A stretch of DNA of 50,357 nt from Gemmatimonadota bacterium (GTDB taxonomy: Bacteria > Gemmatimonadota > Gemmatimonadetes > Gemmatimonadales > GWC2-71-9), in contig JBDUEA010000002.1 in NCBI GenBank assembly GCA_040002695.1, positions 1-50,357 of the forward strand. The letters run 5' to 3'. A program made the translations under genes and the position numbers. A model generated the notes under the pieces. It was given only the letters and a program-made list of their open reading frames with translations, had not been told where the DNA came from and searched no databases. Position 1 is the stretch's first letter. Every line of letters starts with the position of its first letter. Positions 36,337 through 45,276 of the stretch are shown one piece after another.

Positions 36337-36411
36337 CGGGGCTGACGGGGCTCGAACCCGCGACCTCCGCAGTGACAGTGCGGCACTCTAACCAAGCTGA
36401 GCTACAGCCCC
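36337..36411 (-). tRNA. tRNA-Asp (anticodon GTC)
   Basis: The minus strand reads GGGGCTG-TA-GCTCAGCTTGGTTAGAGT-G-CCGCA-CTGTCAC-TGCGG-AGGTC-GCGGG-TTCGAGC-CCCGT-CAGCCCC-G. It folds as a cloverleaf with a 7-bp acceptor stem. No CCA is encoded. Confidence 0.9.
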
Positions 36412-36493
36412 CGGCGAAGAGCGCATCAATATAGGAACGCATCCCCCAGATTGGTAGGCCCGAACCGGCCTCAACACGACTGGCTCTTATGCC

Positions 36494-38218
36494 CTACTTG
36501 CAGAAGGCCTTCACCATGGACGCCGCGCGAACCTGGTACTTCTTGATGTAGTCCAGGTACTTCGCGTAATCCTCCGGCTTGGCAGCCGACTGACCCGCCG
36601 TCATAAACTTTTCCGCATCCGCCAGCGACGCCTGTTCGGCCTTTGCTCCCTCGCAGGACTTCGCCTTTTCGGTTCCCGCGTCGGTCTTCGTGACTTCGAG
36701 GAACGTGGTCAGGCCAAGATAGTAGTTCGCGAACGGCGCGATCTTGCTCGTGGGGCTCGCGACGGCGACGGCACGGTGGAGCATCGTATCCGCCCCGGCG
36801 AGATCCTGCGGTTCCTGCAGCAGCGGCAGGGCCGATGTCGTGATCAGCGTTGCCGCCGCATCCTTCGCCGCCTGATCGCCATACTTGATGACGTAGTCGA
36901 GGAAGGGCATCGCGTCTTTGGTCTTCGCGGGCTTCGCGTTGAGCAGGGATTGCGCGGCGGCCAACGCCGCCGGTACCTGGGTCGAATCGGTCTGCATGAG
37001 TTTCGACGTGAGGACGACGACGCTGTCGGTGAGCCCGCTCAGCGCGTAGGCGGTCAGCAGCTGCTTCTGCAGTTCGACGTTATTCGGATATTTCTTGACG
37101 CCCGCACTCGCCCACCGGAGGAGGCGCGAGGTGTCGGGTTTCTGGCTGGCCATGACCGTGATTTTGAGATAGAACGCGCTGTCCGCCTTCGCCGAGTCGT
37201 TCGCGATCACCTGCTCGAGCGCGTCCACTGCGCCGGCGTAGTCACCACGATAGACCCGGGCGTTGCTCAAGAGGTCGTAGAGGTCCGAATTGGTCGGATC
37301 GAGTTTGAGGCCCTCCTGGGCGGCCAGTTCGGCGGCTTCGGGATGGCCGTACTTGAGAAAGAGTTTGAACGCCTGTTCGCGGAGCGGCTGATTCGTCGGA
37401 GCGACGAGCAGCATGTGCTTGAGGGATTCGACCGTCTGATTCGTGTCACCGTGGGCTTCGTACCCGGCGGCGAGCAGGGTCCACGCGGGCAGACTCAGCG
37501 AGTCTCCGGCGACCGCGGCCAGCAGGTGATTCATCGCCTCGACGCTGTCATTCTTGGTCTTGAGGTCAAGTGAAAGCAGCCCGAGGCAGTAATGTGCCAG
37601 CCCATTCTTCGGCATCGTGGCCAGAGCCTTCTTGGCTGACGCGATCGCCTTGGGTGCCGCGGTGCTGCGCTGGTCCATGCACCCCTTCGCGTCCGCCGAA
37701 CTCTTGATGGCCGGCTGGAACGCGTCCGCCACTGCGGAGCTGAAATCCGCTGGAGTCTGTCCGGAGGCTTGCGTGAGATAGACGGTATTTCCCGCATCTT
37801 CATTGAGCCCGGCGAGTCGGGCCGCGATGTTGTATCGCCCGCCTTCCGCCTTGGTAATCGTGCTGCTCAACAGGTACCGCGACTGCATTGAGCTGCCGAA
37901 GCTGCGCTGGACGGGCGGAGCGAGAATCGCATCCGCAGGATATCCGAACTGCTTGAGCGCGTCATTCATCTGCGCCCTCGGAATGACGAAGAACTGCCCG
38001 CCGACGACCTTGTCCATCCGGGTTCTGAGACCATCTCCCACCGCCACGCTCGCAGCCGAGTCCTGCGCCACGAATGTGTACGGATTCGCGACCAGAAGCC
38101 GCGGTCCGCTCGACGCCTGCGCGGCCTGGGTGGGACGACGTGTGGGAATCTGGGAAAACAGGGTGCCGGCGGTCACACCGCTCAGCAGCGGGACAATGAA
38201 CAAACGGGCCAAGCGCAT
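36494..38218 (-). CDS. Secreted TPR-repeat protein, function unknown
   Basis: 574 aa with signal peptide MRLARLFIVPLLSGVTAGTLFSQ and multiple TPR-like helical repeats. It is unusually Lys-rich compared with its Arg-rich neighbours. Confidence 0.75.
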   Translation of the reverse strand: MRLARLFIVPLLSGVTAGTLFSQIPTRRPTQAAQASSGPRLLVANPYTFVAQDSAASVAVGDGLRTRMDKVVGGQFFVIPRAQMNDALKQFGYPADAILAPPVQRSFGSSMQSRYLLSSTITKAEGGRYNIAARLAGLNEDAGNTVYLTQASGQTPADFSSAVADAFQPAIKSSADAKGCMDQRSTAAPKAIASAKKALATMPKNGLAHYCLGLLSLDLKTKNDSVEAMNHLLAAVAGDSLSLPAWTLLAAGYEAHGDTNQTVESLKHMLLVAPTNQPLREQAFKLFLKYGHPEAAELAAQEGLKLDPTNSDLYDLLSNARVYRGDYAGAVDALEQVIANDSAKADSAFYLKITVMASQKPDTSRLLRWASAGVKKYPNNVELQKQLLTAYALSGLTDSVVVLTSKLMQTDSTQVPAALAAAQSLLNAKPAKTKDAMPFLDYVIKYGDQAAKDAAATLITTSALPLLQEPQDLAGADTMLHRAVAVASPTSKIAPFANYYLGLTTFLEVTKTDAGTEKAKSCEGAKAEQASLADAEKFMTAGQSAAKPEDYAKYLDYIKKYQVRAASMVKAFCK

Positions 38219-38257
38219 TAAAGAGCCTCCGTATCCGAACGGGCCTCGTGCATCTCA

Positions 38258-38279
38258 AGGCCACAGGGGGTTGTGGCCT
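38258..38279 (-). other. Perfect 8-bp hairpin immediately downstream of tRNA-Val (possible processing or terminator stem)
   Basis: AGGCCACA-GGGGGT-TGTGGCCT. No clear U-tract follows on the minus strand. Confidence 0.3.
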
Positions 38280-38283
38280 GATA

Positions 38284-38358
38284 TGGGCGAAGAGGGATTC
38301 GAACCCCCGACATCCTGCGTGTAAGGCAGGCGCTCTGAACCAGCTGAGCTATTCGCCC
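38284..38358 (-). tRNA. tRNA-Val (anticodon TAC)
   Basis: The minus strand reads GGGCGAA-TA-GCTCAGCTGGTTCAGAGC-G-CCTGC-CTTACAC-GCAGG-ATGTC-GGGGG-TTCGAAT-CCCTC-TTCGCCC-A. The acceptor stem pairs over 7 bp. Confidence 0.9.
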
Positions 38359-38418
38359 CAGACTGCCTTCACGCCCACTGCCATGAAGCAGTAGACATGC
38401 CACCGATGAGAACTGGTC

Positions 38419-38610
38419 CTACAGGGCGATACCGAGCGGAATCAGCACACAGTAGCCGAGTACCAGCAATAGCGCCGCTCCAGTTGTACCCCCGGACTGC
38501 AGCCAGTAGTACCCGGCAGCTAGGGAGACGACAGCGGACGCGAGAAGAAGGACATTTCGCCGGCCGAAGCGCAGCTGAGGGCCGCCGGAAGGCGAGGGGG
38601 AACTTGGCAT
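38419..38610 (-). CDS. Small two-TM membrane protein, hypothetical
   Basis: 63 aa with hydrophobic segments VLLLASAVVSLAAGYYW and AALLLVLGYCVLIPLGIAL. It lies 11 nt downstream of the preceding gene. Confidence 0.45.
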   Translation of the reverse strand: MPSSPSPSGGPQLRFGRRNVLLLASAVVSLAAGYYWLQSGGTTGAALLLVLGYCVLIPLGIAL

Positions 38611-38621
38611 AGGGGTTGAGC

Positions 38622-39608
38622 TTACACAACCCCGTCGTGCTGGTCAACCGGCGGCTCCGGATCTTCGACGATCACCCACCCATCGTTGAGCGCGGCACGA
38701 CGAGGCGCATCCGCCCGCCTCCGAGCCCACAGTATCCCTCCCAATCCGAACGCCACGATCGCCCAGAACCCACCTGCAAGGAGCCACGTGAGGATACCGT
38801 AACGTGTCTTGAGCGACCGCTGCCACTCCGTTTCGAAGCGACTCTCGGTCAGCCCCGTGGTCTCGACGAGCGCGGAATCGAAGTCCTCCCCTGCTTCGAG
38901 GTGACTCATTAGCGGGGCGATTGTCCCCGATGGATTACGTCGGGCAAGTTCCAGGACCGCCGACACCGCCAGCGCGTAGGCCGCATCCGCCGTGTTGGCG
39001 GAACCGCGGAGGAGCCCGTCGAGTTCTCTGAGCCCCGGACGGCTGCCGCTCGCCACGGCGAGATTGAGCTTGAGGGATTCGAGCCGGTCCCACTCATTGG
39101 CTCCCCACGACGCGTACCCTTCATCGAACCAGAGGGGCACCCGGACCTTGACCGCGTCATGCAGGGCGAGATGACCGAGCTCATGACGAAGCGTATGATC
39201 CAGCCCGTCGAGATCGGCGCGGAGAATGATGATGTGCGGGTCCGGGAGCGCGATGCCCGCCCCCCAGGCAGGCGCTCTCCCGCGGGAAATCCGGGCAAGC
39301 GCCGCAGCGTCCGCAACGACGATCAACCGAAATGGTGGCAGTACGCGTGTCCCGAGCCCAGGCCACGGAAGCGGCCGGTCGGCACGCTCCGCGAGCCCGA
39401 TTCCGAGTGCGAGGTGTGCGGGATCGGCGATGACCGTGATCCGGCCGACCTGCGTCTCGACGGCACCGGGCGCTATCGTTTGGGCTCGTGCGCCGGAAGC
39501 CCGGAGCAGGAGCATGCCTGTCAGGGGAATCGTTAGGAGGAGAGTCCGCGCGGCGGTTCCCCTCCCGACGCGATCAGGTCGAGCATTTCCTTGCAGCGCT
39601 TGCCCCAC
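38622..39608 (-). CDS. Exported HExxH zinc-metallopeptidase-like protein with a C-terminal TM anchor
   Basis: HELGHLALHD motif followed by WFDEGYASW (a possible third ligand Glu). It has a signal-like N-terminus and a C-terminal TM ILTWLLAGGFWAIVAFGLGGILW. The start is uncertain: candidates are 39608, 39569 (GTG) and 39515 (ATG). Confidence 0.6.
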   Translation of the reverse strand: MGQALQGNARPDRVGRGTAARTLLLTIPLTGMLLLRASGARAQTIAPGAVETQVGRITVIADPAHLALGIGLAERADRPLPWPGLGTRVLPPFRLIVVADAAALARISRGRAPAWGAGIALPDPHIIILRADLDGLDHTLRHELGHLALHDAVKVRVPLWFDEGYASWGANEWDRLESLKLNLAVASGSRPGLRELDGLLRGSANTADAAYALAVSAVLELARRNPSGTIAPLMSHLEAGEDFDSALVETTGLTESRFETEWQRSLKTRYGILTWLLAGGFWAIVAFGLGGILWARRRADAPRRAALNDGWVIVEDPEPPVDQHDGVV

Positions 39609-40417
39609 GGATTGAACTTGTTCGCCTTGTAACCCTCGGTCCAGGTCTGGAGCGCAGGCTCACGCTCGCCGAGAAACCAGTCCACTCGCCCGAGCTCGAA
39701 GTACGCCTCGATGAGATTGGGACCGAGTTGGACCGTCTTCTGGAAGAAGGTTTGCGCGTCCTCGAACATCTCGCGCTCCAGGTAGACGAGCCCCAGGTAA
39801 TAATGCGCGTACAACGTCGCCTTGCGATCGTTGTCGAGCCTGATCGCCTTGGACAAATGCTCGATCGCCTCTCCGAAGATCCGCTTCTTGAGACAAATGT
39901 ACCCGACGTTGATGCGGGCGAGCGAATTCGCGGGCTCTTTCATCAGCACCTTGGAGAACGTCGTCAGCGCGTCATCGTACTCTTCATGCAGCATCTGGGC
40001 CCAGCCCAGTAGCGACTGCGCCTGGATATCCGCCGGAGAAAGCGTGAGCGCCCTGTTGAGACTCTGGATCGCCGCGGCATAATCGCCGAGGGAAATCAGG
40101 CTCCAACCCTTCTCGATGTAGGTGGAGGCGCCAAGGTGATCCGCGTGGACGACCGGTCTCGCCCCAGTGAACTGTGGCGCCTGCGCCGAATCCGTCGACG
40201 CGGCGAGCTGCTTGTAGCGCTCCACGAGTCCACGGATATCCTCCTTGAGTTGGGTCAGCTCGGTGAGCGAGCCATCGACCCGCTTGAAGAAGGAAATGAT
40301 CTCGCGCTTGATCGCTTCCCGTTCGGGGGTGGTGCCCGCCTGCTCCAGGCGGGCGACGATTTCCTGGTACTGCGCCCTGAGCCCCGCGACCGGCGAATCC
40401 GGAACCGGCGCTGTCAT
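39533..40417 (-). CDS. Cytoplasmic TPR-repeat protein with an N-terminal coiled coil
   Basis: 294 aa with TPR repeats (GDYAAAIQSLNRALTLSP, YDDALTTFSKVLMKEP, FGEAIEHLSKAIRLD, FEDAQTFFQKTVQLGP). 4-nt overlap with cheW. Confidence 0.75.
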   Translation of the reverse strand: MTAPVPDSPVAGLRAQYQEIVARLEQAGTTPEREAIKREIISFFKRVDGSLTELTQLKEDIRGLVERYKQLAASTDSAQAPQFTGARPVVHADHLGASTYIEKGWSLISLGDYAAAIQSLNRALTLSPADIQAQSLLGWAQMLHEEYDDALTTFSKVLMKEPANSLARINVGYICLKKRIFGEAIEHLSKAIRLDNDRKATLYAHYYLGLVYLEREMFEDAQTFFQKTVQLGPNLIEAYFELGRVDWFLGEREPALQTWTEGYKANKFNPWGKRCKEMLDLIASGGEPPRGLSS

Positions 40418-40875
40418 GACGCTGCCTCGGCAAGCGCGAGCCGCTCGGTCGAGCTGAACAGGCGGCCCGCGTTGAGTACGACGATCGTCCGGCCCGGCCG
40501 GCTGATGATTCCGGAGATGTAGTCCGCCGAAAGCCCGCGCACCATCGGCGGCGGTGCGGAAATGGTGCGGGTATCGACACGAAGCACTTCCAGTACCTGG
40601 TCAACCACTACCGCGATGCGCTGCCCTTCGAGCTCCAGGACCATCTGCCTGGTTTCCTCGCGAAGCCTGGCTTCGACACTGAGCCGTTTGCGCAGATCGA
40701 TCACCGGTACGACGCCACCGGCGTACGGCACCACACCTTCGAGGTAGTCGGGAGACTTGGGCAGGCTCGCGGGCTTCGAATACCGGAGGATCCGCTCGAC
40801 CTGAAAAATGTTGAGCGCGAACTCCTGGCTCCCCACCCGGAAGGTCACGAACTGCAATTCGTCTGCGGTGGTCAT
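40414..40875 (-). CDS. cheW: Chemotaxis coupling protein CheW
   Basis: 153 aa. FVTFRVGSQEFALNIFQVERIL...GVVPYAGGVVPVIDLRKRL is a classic CheW fold signature. Confidence 0.9.
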   Translation of the reverse strand: MTTADELQFVTFRVGSQEFALNIFQVERILRYSKPASLPKSPDYLEGVVPYAGGVVPVIDLRKRLSVEARLREETRQMVLELEGQRIAVVVDQVLEVLRVDTRTISAPPPMVRGLSADYISGIISRPGRTIVVLNAGRLFSSTERLALAEAAS

Positions 40876-41303
40876 GAGATCGGTTTAGCCTCCGCGAGGC
40901 GCTCGGCCAGCGCACTCAGGTTCAGAATCGGGATCAGGCCTTCGGGACGGCGAACGACGGATGTCGCCCACGGCATCGATTCGCCGGGTGGGACAGGAAG
41001 CCGTTCTCCATCGGATACAAAATCGGCTTCATCGACTTCCAGACAGATCGAGAGCCCCTGGACATCGACGAGCACGCCAGCGGCGGTCGGGTTCTCGCCT
41101 ATCGGGCCGCCCCGGAGCAGCGCCCCGAGATGAAAGATCGGCACCAGGTGACCCCTCGCGAGCGTGACGCCGCGCATCGATGGTATGACGGACGGTACCG
41201 GGTGCACCGCTCCGAGATCCTTCACTTCGATCACGTCCTCGAGCGGAAGTCCGACGCTCAGCCGGTCGACCCGGACAAGCAGGAACGAGTTCGCGCCGCT
41301 CAT
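40872..41303 (-). CDS. Second, divergent CheW-like protein
   Basis: 143 aa. [21 protein letters not shown]...[21 protein letters not shown] matches the CheW pattern but has diverged from its neighbour. Confidence 0.8.
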   Translation of the reverse strand: MSGANSFLLVRVDRLSVGLPLEDVIEVKDLGAVHPVPSVIPSMRGVTLARGHLVPIFHLGALLRGGPIGENPTAAGVLVDVQGLSICLEVDEADFVSDGERLPVPPGESMPWATSVVRRPEGLIPILNLSALAERLAEAKPIS

Positions 41304-42370
41304 CTGCGCGGAAGCCGGGTCAACAACTCAGTGACCCTCGGTGCGATCGCGGTGAGTGAGAGCACTTCGTCGGCCCCGCCACTCTGTGCGGCGGCATTGG
41401 GCATTCCGAAGATGGTGGAACTTTCCCGATCCTGAGCAATCCCGATGCCGCCCGCATCGTGAATCGCCCGAAGTCCCAGTGCGCCATCCCGGCCTAGGCC
41501 GGTGAGGACGACTCCAATTGCGGATCCGTTGAAAATTCCCGCGACCGAATGAAAGAGCGGGTCCGCGGCGGGCCGGACTCCCCAGACCTGAGGCTCCTTA
41601 TCCAGCACGAGCCGCAGGCCACCGTCTCCATTGGTGACGCGCATGTGGAAATCGCCGGGGGCGATATAGGCAGTATCGGCATTCACGGGAGAACCATGCT
41701 CCGCCTCCACTACCAGCAGCTGACTCTGCGCCGCGAGTCGCTCCGCCAGACTCCGCGTGAAACGAGGCGGCATGTGCTGGACGACGAGGACGGCGGCCCC
41801 CTGCCCTGTGATCAGTTGCGGTATCAGCTCCGCGAGTGCCCGCGGCCCTCCGGTCGAGGCGGCCACCGCGACGCAGGCACCGGCCTCGTTGGGGGATCGG
41901 TCCTGCTTCTCGATCGAGCGATGGCGCGGCCGGGCCAGCATCGGCACCCGGTAGATATCCGCGGCGCGCGCGGCGCGAAGCGCATTGATGAGACGAGGCC
42001 CGATGCGTACGGCGTCCTGCCGGACGCCATCGTCTTCCTTTTCCACAAGTTCAACGGCGCCCAGCTCGAGAGCCCGAATGGTGAGGGCGGATCCGGCCCC
42101 GGCGTAGGAGCTTACCACGACGATCGGCCTCGGGCTCTCGGACATGATGTAACCGATCGTGCTGATCCCGTCGACGAGTGGCATTTCGAGATCCATCGTG
42201 ACGAGATCGGGTTGGAGCTCGTGCACTTTGGCGAGCGCTTCCATCCCGTTCGCGGCGGTCCCGACCACGCGGAACTGGCCCGACCCGTTGATGATCTGCG
42301 AAATCAGCCGGCGGAAGAACAGGCTGTCATCCACGACGAGGACGCCGGGGATGCTAGAGGAGCTGTTCAC
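41300..42370 (-). CDS. cheB: Chemotaxis response regulator protein-glutamate methylesterase CheB
   Basis: Receiver domain ([12 protein letters not shown]...[14 protein letters not shown]) plus a methylesterase domain ([26 protein letters not shown]). I prefer the GTG start at 42370, because the ORF-track start at 42445 overlaps cheD by 92 nt. Confidence 0.9.
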   Translation of the reverse strand: MNSSSSIPGVLVVDDSLFFRRLISQIINGSGQFRVVGTAANGMEALAKVHELQPDLVTMDLEMPLVDGISTIGYIMSESPRPIVVVSSYAGAGSALTIRALELGAVELVEKEDDGVRQDAVRIGPRLINALRAARAADIYRVPMLARPRHRSIEKQDRSPNEAGACVAVAASTGGPRALAELIPQLITGQGAAVLVVQHMPPRFTRSLAERLAAQSQLLVVEAEHGSPVNADTAYIAPGDFHMRVTNGDGGLRLVLDKEPQVWGVRPAADPLFHSVAGIFNGSAIGVVLTGLGRDGALGLRAIHDAGGIGIAQDRESSTIFGMPNAAAQSGGADEVLSLTAIAPRVTELLTRLPRR

Positions 42371-42839
42371 CGTGCGCCACCGATTTAATTTCGATCCGGT
42401 TGAGGCGAACATGGAACCGTACGGAGCGGCCGAAATCTCCTCCAACCGATTCCCCGATGACCGGGATGCCCTGCGAGTTGAGGACTTCCCTGGTGGCTAC
42501 CAGATTCCGCTCACCCATTTGGATCGACCCCGGCGGCGCCAGGCCGGCGAACATGCTCGCTCCACCTACGAGACGGGCGGTCAGCCGTCCCGGAATCGCG
42601 CCGAGAAGGCTCATCTCGGCAACCAGGGCGGGGACGGCCGATTGAGGAAACTTCGCGGGATTCTCGGTGCCCCGACTCAGTGATCGAGATGGAAGCAGGA
42701 TATGCGCGAGACCACCGACCTTGCTCTCGTTATCGAACAGCAGAATGGCGACGCAGCTGCCGAGGCCGAGCGTGACGAGAATGTCTTCCCCGCTGCCGGC
42801 CTTGAGATCCGCCACCCGCACCATCAGTTCCCGACTCAT
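42354..42839 (-). CDS. cheD: Chemoreceptor glutamine deamidase CheD
   Basis: [14 protein letters not shown] with the catalytic Cys, GLAHILLP and GGASMF motifs. 161 aa. Confidence 0.9.
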   Translation of the reverse strand: MSRELMVRVADLKAGSGEDILVTLGLGSCVAILLFDNESKVGGLAHILLPSRSLSRGTENPAKFPQSAVPALVAEMSLLGAIPGRLTARLVGGASMFAGLAPPGSIQMGERNLVATREVLNSQGIPVIGESVGGDFGRSVRFHVRLNRIEIKSVAHGEQLL

Positions 42840-43660
42840 TCGACGGGCCGCCGATAAATGCGTTCGCGCGCGTCCACCAGTTCGAGACGATTGCGCGACG
42901 GACCAAAGATCGTCTCCACTTTGCCGAGCAGCAGGTAACCTCCAGGGCGAAGCGCGTCATGGAAGCGCTCGAGCAGCGCTTCCTGCGTCGGCCGATCGAA
43001 ATAGATCACGACGTTCCGGCAGGTGATGAGATCATACGGAGCGCCGGGAGCCGCTTCCCGAGTCAGATCATTCCGGGTGACGCGCACTCGGGCGCGTAGT
43101 TCCGGCGTAACGCTCCAGCCATCGGCGCCATCGGAGACGAAGTATTTCGAGATGAGTTCGGGTGGCGTTTCCGCCAGCGAAGGCGTCTGATAGAATGCGG
43201 CTGCGCACCGTTCCAGCGACATCCGGTCGATATCCGTGGCGTCGATCGCGTACCGGTCACGCCACTGCGGATTGGAGCGCAATCCGGCCTCGGCCAGCAG
43301 GATCGCGATCGTGTACGGCTCTTCTCCCGACGAGCACCCGGCACTCCAGACGCGGACCCGTCCGTGCAGGCGCTCGAAGAGGTCGCTGATGGCGGTCTCG
43401 GAGACCCGAGCCCATGCCTCCCGGTTCCGGAAGAACTTGGTCACGTTGATGGTCAGCACATCGAAGAGCGATGCCATCTCTGCCGGAGTCTTCGACAGCA
43501 CGCGGCGGTACTCCTCGAAGGTATGAACTCCGCACGCGCGCATGCGAACCGCGATGCGCCGGCGGAGGCATTTTTCCTTATACGCGCCAAGAGTCATTCC
43601 CGTGCCGGCGGAAATGACGGTGGCAAGCGCGGCAAAGCTCGCTTCATCCTCGGCGCTCAC
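42836..43660 (-). CDS. cheR: Chemotaxis protein methyltransferase CheR
   Basis: TKFFRN, VWSAGCSSGEEPYTIA and CRNVVIYF SAM-methyltransferase motifs. 274 aa. Confidence 0.92.
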   Translation of the reverse strand: MSAEDEASFAALATVISAGTGMTLGAYKEKCLRRRIAVRMRACGVHTFEEYRRVLSKTPAEMASLFDVLTINVTKFFRNREAWARVSETAISDLFERLHGRVRVWSAGCSSGEEPYTIAILLAEAGLRSNPQWRDRYAIDATDIDRMSLERCAAAFYQTPSLAETPPELISKYFVSDGADGWSVTPELRARVRVTRNDLTREAAPGAPYDLITCRNVVIYFDRPTQEALLERFHDALRPGGYLLLGKVETIFGPSRNRLELVDARERIYRRPVE

Positions 43661-45276
43661 ACGCTTGCATCCAGCGTATCGAGATTGGCCCGCGCCAGCT
43701 GGTGTCCGGGGTTGAGCTCGGTGACGCGCTGCCAGCAGTATCGCGCCCGCTCGCGGTCTCTGCGTTTGTACGCAATGTTGCCGAGCTTGAAGTAGAGATC
43801 ATCTCCGAGATCGGGACTCAGCTTTGCGGCGCGTTCATAGGCCTCCGCAGCCTCCTCGTAGCGTCCGGCCCGGTAATGCAGGTCCGCGAGGTTCTTCGAG
43901 ATCTGCGGCATGGTCGGTTCTTCCTGCAGCGCGCCGGTGAGCAGCGCCTCGGCGCCTTCGAGATCGCCGCTCAGCTCCAGGAGGACAGCCAGGTTGTTCC
44001 GCAGCACCGCATTTCCCGGATACGCCGCCACGCCGTCCCTGCCGGCTGCAAGTGCGCCGTCGATGTCTCCGGCCCCGGCGGCCGCGAGCGCGCTCGCCCA
44101 GTACCAGGTGGCCGGCACCGGCCGGTCTCCCAGCAGCTCCTTCGCGCGGGCGAGTCTGCCCGAGGCGACTTCGGCATCGTTCCGCTTGAGCGCGATGATT
44201 CCCCATCCGAGCATCAGCCGCGCGTCATCACGGGAGCGACTGACCGCCTCGCCGTAGGCGGTCTCGGCTTCGGAAAGGCGGCCGAGCTGCTCGAGAGCAA
44301 AGGCGAGATTATGCAGGGCGGCGGGGCGGCTTCCTCCCTTGTCCACCGCCTGGCGCAGGGCATCCACCGCCTCCAGCCAGCGCGCCTGCTTGAGCGCGAT
44401 CAGGCCGAGGTAGAAGGGTGCACTGGCCTCGGCGGGCCGGAGCTCGGCGACCCGGCGGAACTCGCGTTGGCCCTCGTCGAGCATGCCGGTCTTGTAGAAC
44501 GCGATGCCGAGGTTTCGATGCTCCTCGACGCGGACGTCGTTCACCTTGGGTGCGGTGGGCGTCGCGGAAGTGCCGATCCGCCGCACAAATCCGGCGGTGA
44601 TCAATCCATATAGCGCTTTCCCCACCTCGAACTCCACGAGGCCCGAGTCTTCCACGACCTGGTGCACGTCCCGCGCGCCGTCGAGCAGCAGGAGGATGCG
44701 TTCCTGTTCGGGGCTCAAGCCAGCGTCGGTACCGTTCGTGCGGTCTCGATCCGGCGCGAAGATCAGGTCGAAGGTGGGGATCTTCTTCTCGACCAGGCTC
44801 CATTCGTCGACCCGTCGCGCGCCTTCGAGCAGCAACGACTCCGGATTGATCTGGACGAGGAAATCCTGCTGCTCAGGCCGCACCCCGGCTTCGAAGTTGA
44901 AGGTTCCCGACGTCCACGTGAACAGGAAGTAGACGGCCTCCTCGATCTGGAGGCGCATGTACTCTTCCAGCTCCGACCGCGCGATTGCCCCGATGTTCAC
45001 CAGGATCTCGCCCAGCTTCTGTTCCCGGTGCTCTTCCTGGAGCTCGATCGCGCGCTCGAGCTGCTCCCGGCTGATGCGGTTGCTCTTCGACAGCAGGTCA
45101 CCCAGGCGATCCCGTCGATTCACAATGGATGCGTAGCAGATCCACCCCTCGTCGAAATAGATGTAGCCGAAGTTGTGACGATCGGCCACGGCGAGGCAGC
45201 CGGTTTTCTTCCCTAGCGCGAGGAGCTGGAGAACGTCCGGAAGACTCGCTTCCTTGAGACTGCCCTTGATCGCCAT
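43657..45276 (-). CDS. DUF4388 (PATAN-like) domain protein fused to a long TPR array
   Basis: N-terminus [49 protein letters not shown] is a DUF4388 signature. It is followed by about 8 TPR repeats. 539 aa. Confidence 0.8.
   Translation of the reverse strand: MAIKGSLKEASLPDVLQLLALGKKTGCLAVADRHNFGYIYFDEGWICYASIVNRRDRLGDLLSKSNRISREQLERAIELQEEHREQKLGEILVNIGAIARSELEEYMRLQIEEAVYFLFTWTSGTFNFEAGVRPEQQDFLVQINPESLLLEGARRVDEWSLVEKKIPTFDLIFAPDRDRTNGTDAGLSPEQERILLLLDGARDVHQVVEDSGLVEFEVGKALYGLITAGFVRRIGTSATPTAPKVNDVRVEEHRNLGIAFYKTGMLDEGQREFRRVAELRPAEASAPFYLGLIALKQARWLEAVDALRQAVDKGGSRPAALHNLAFALEQLGRLSEAETAYGEAVSRSRDDARLMLGWGIIALKRNDAEVASGRLARAKELLGDRPVPATWYWASALAAAGAGDIDGALAAGRDGVAAYPGNAVLRNNLAVLLELSGDLEGAEALLTGALQEEPTMPQISKNLADLHYRAGRYEEAAEAYERAAKLSPDLGDDLYFKLGNIAYKRRDRERARYCWQRVTELNPGHQLARANLDTLDASV

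Noticed and set aside
40414-43660. The claim that the Che system truly lacks CheA, MCP and CheY.
   Set aside because: The operon is transcribed from beyond the right window edge, so the missing components may lie upstream. Absence can only be stated for this window.
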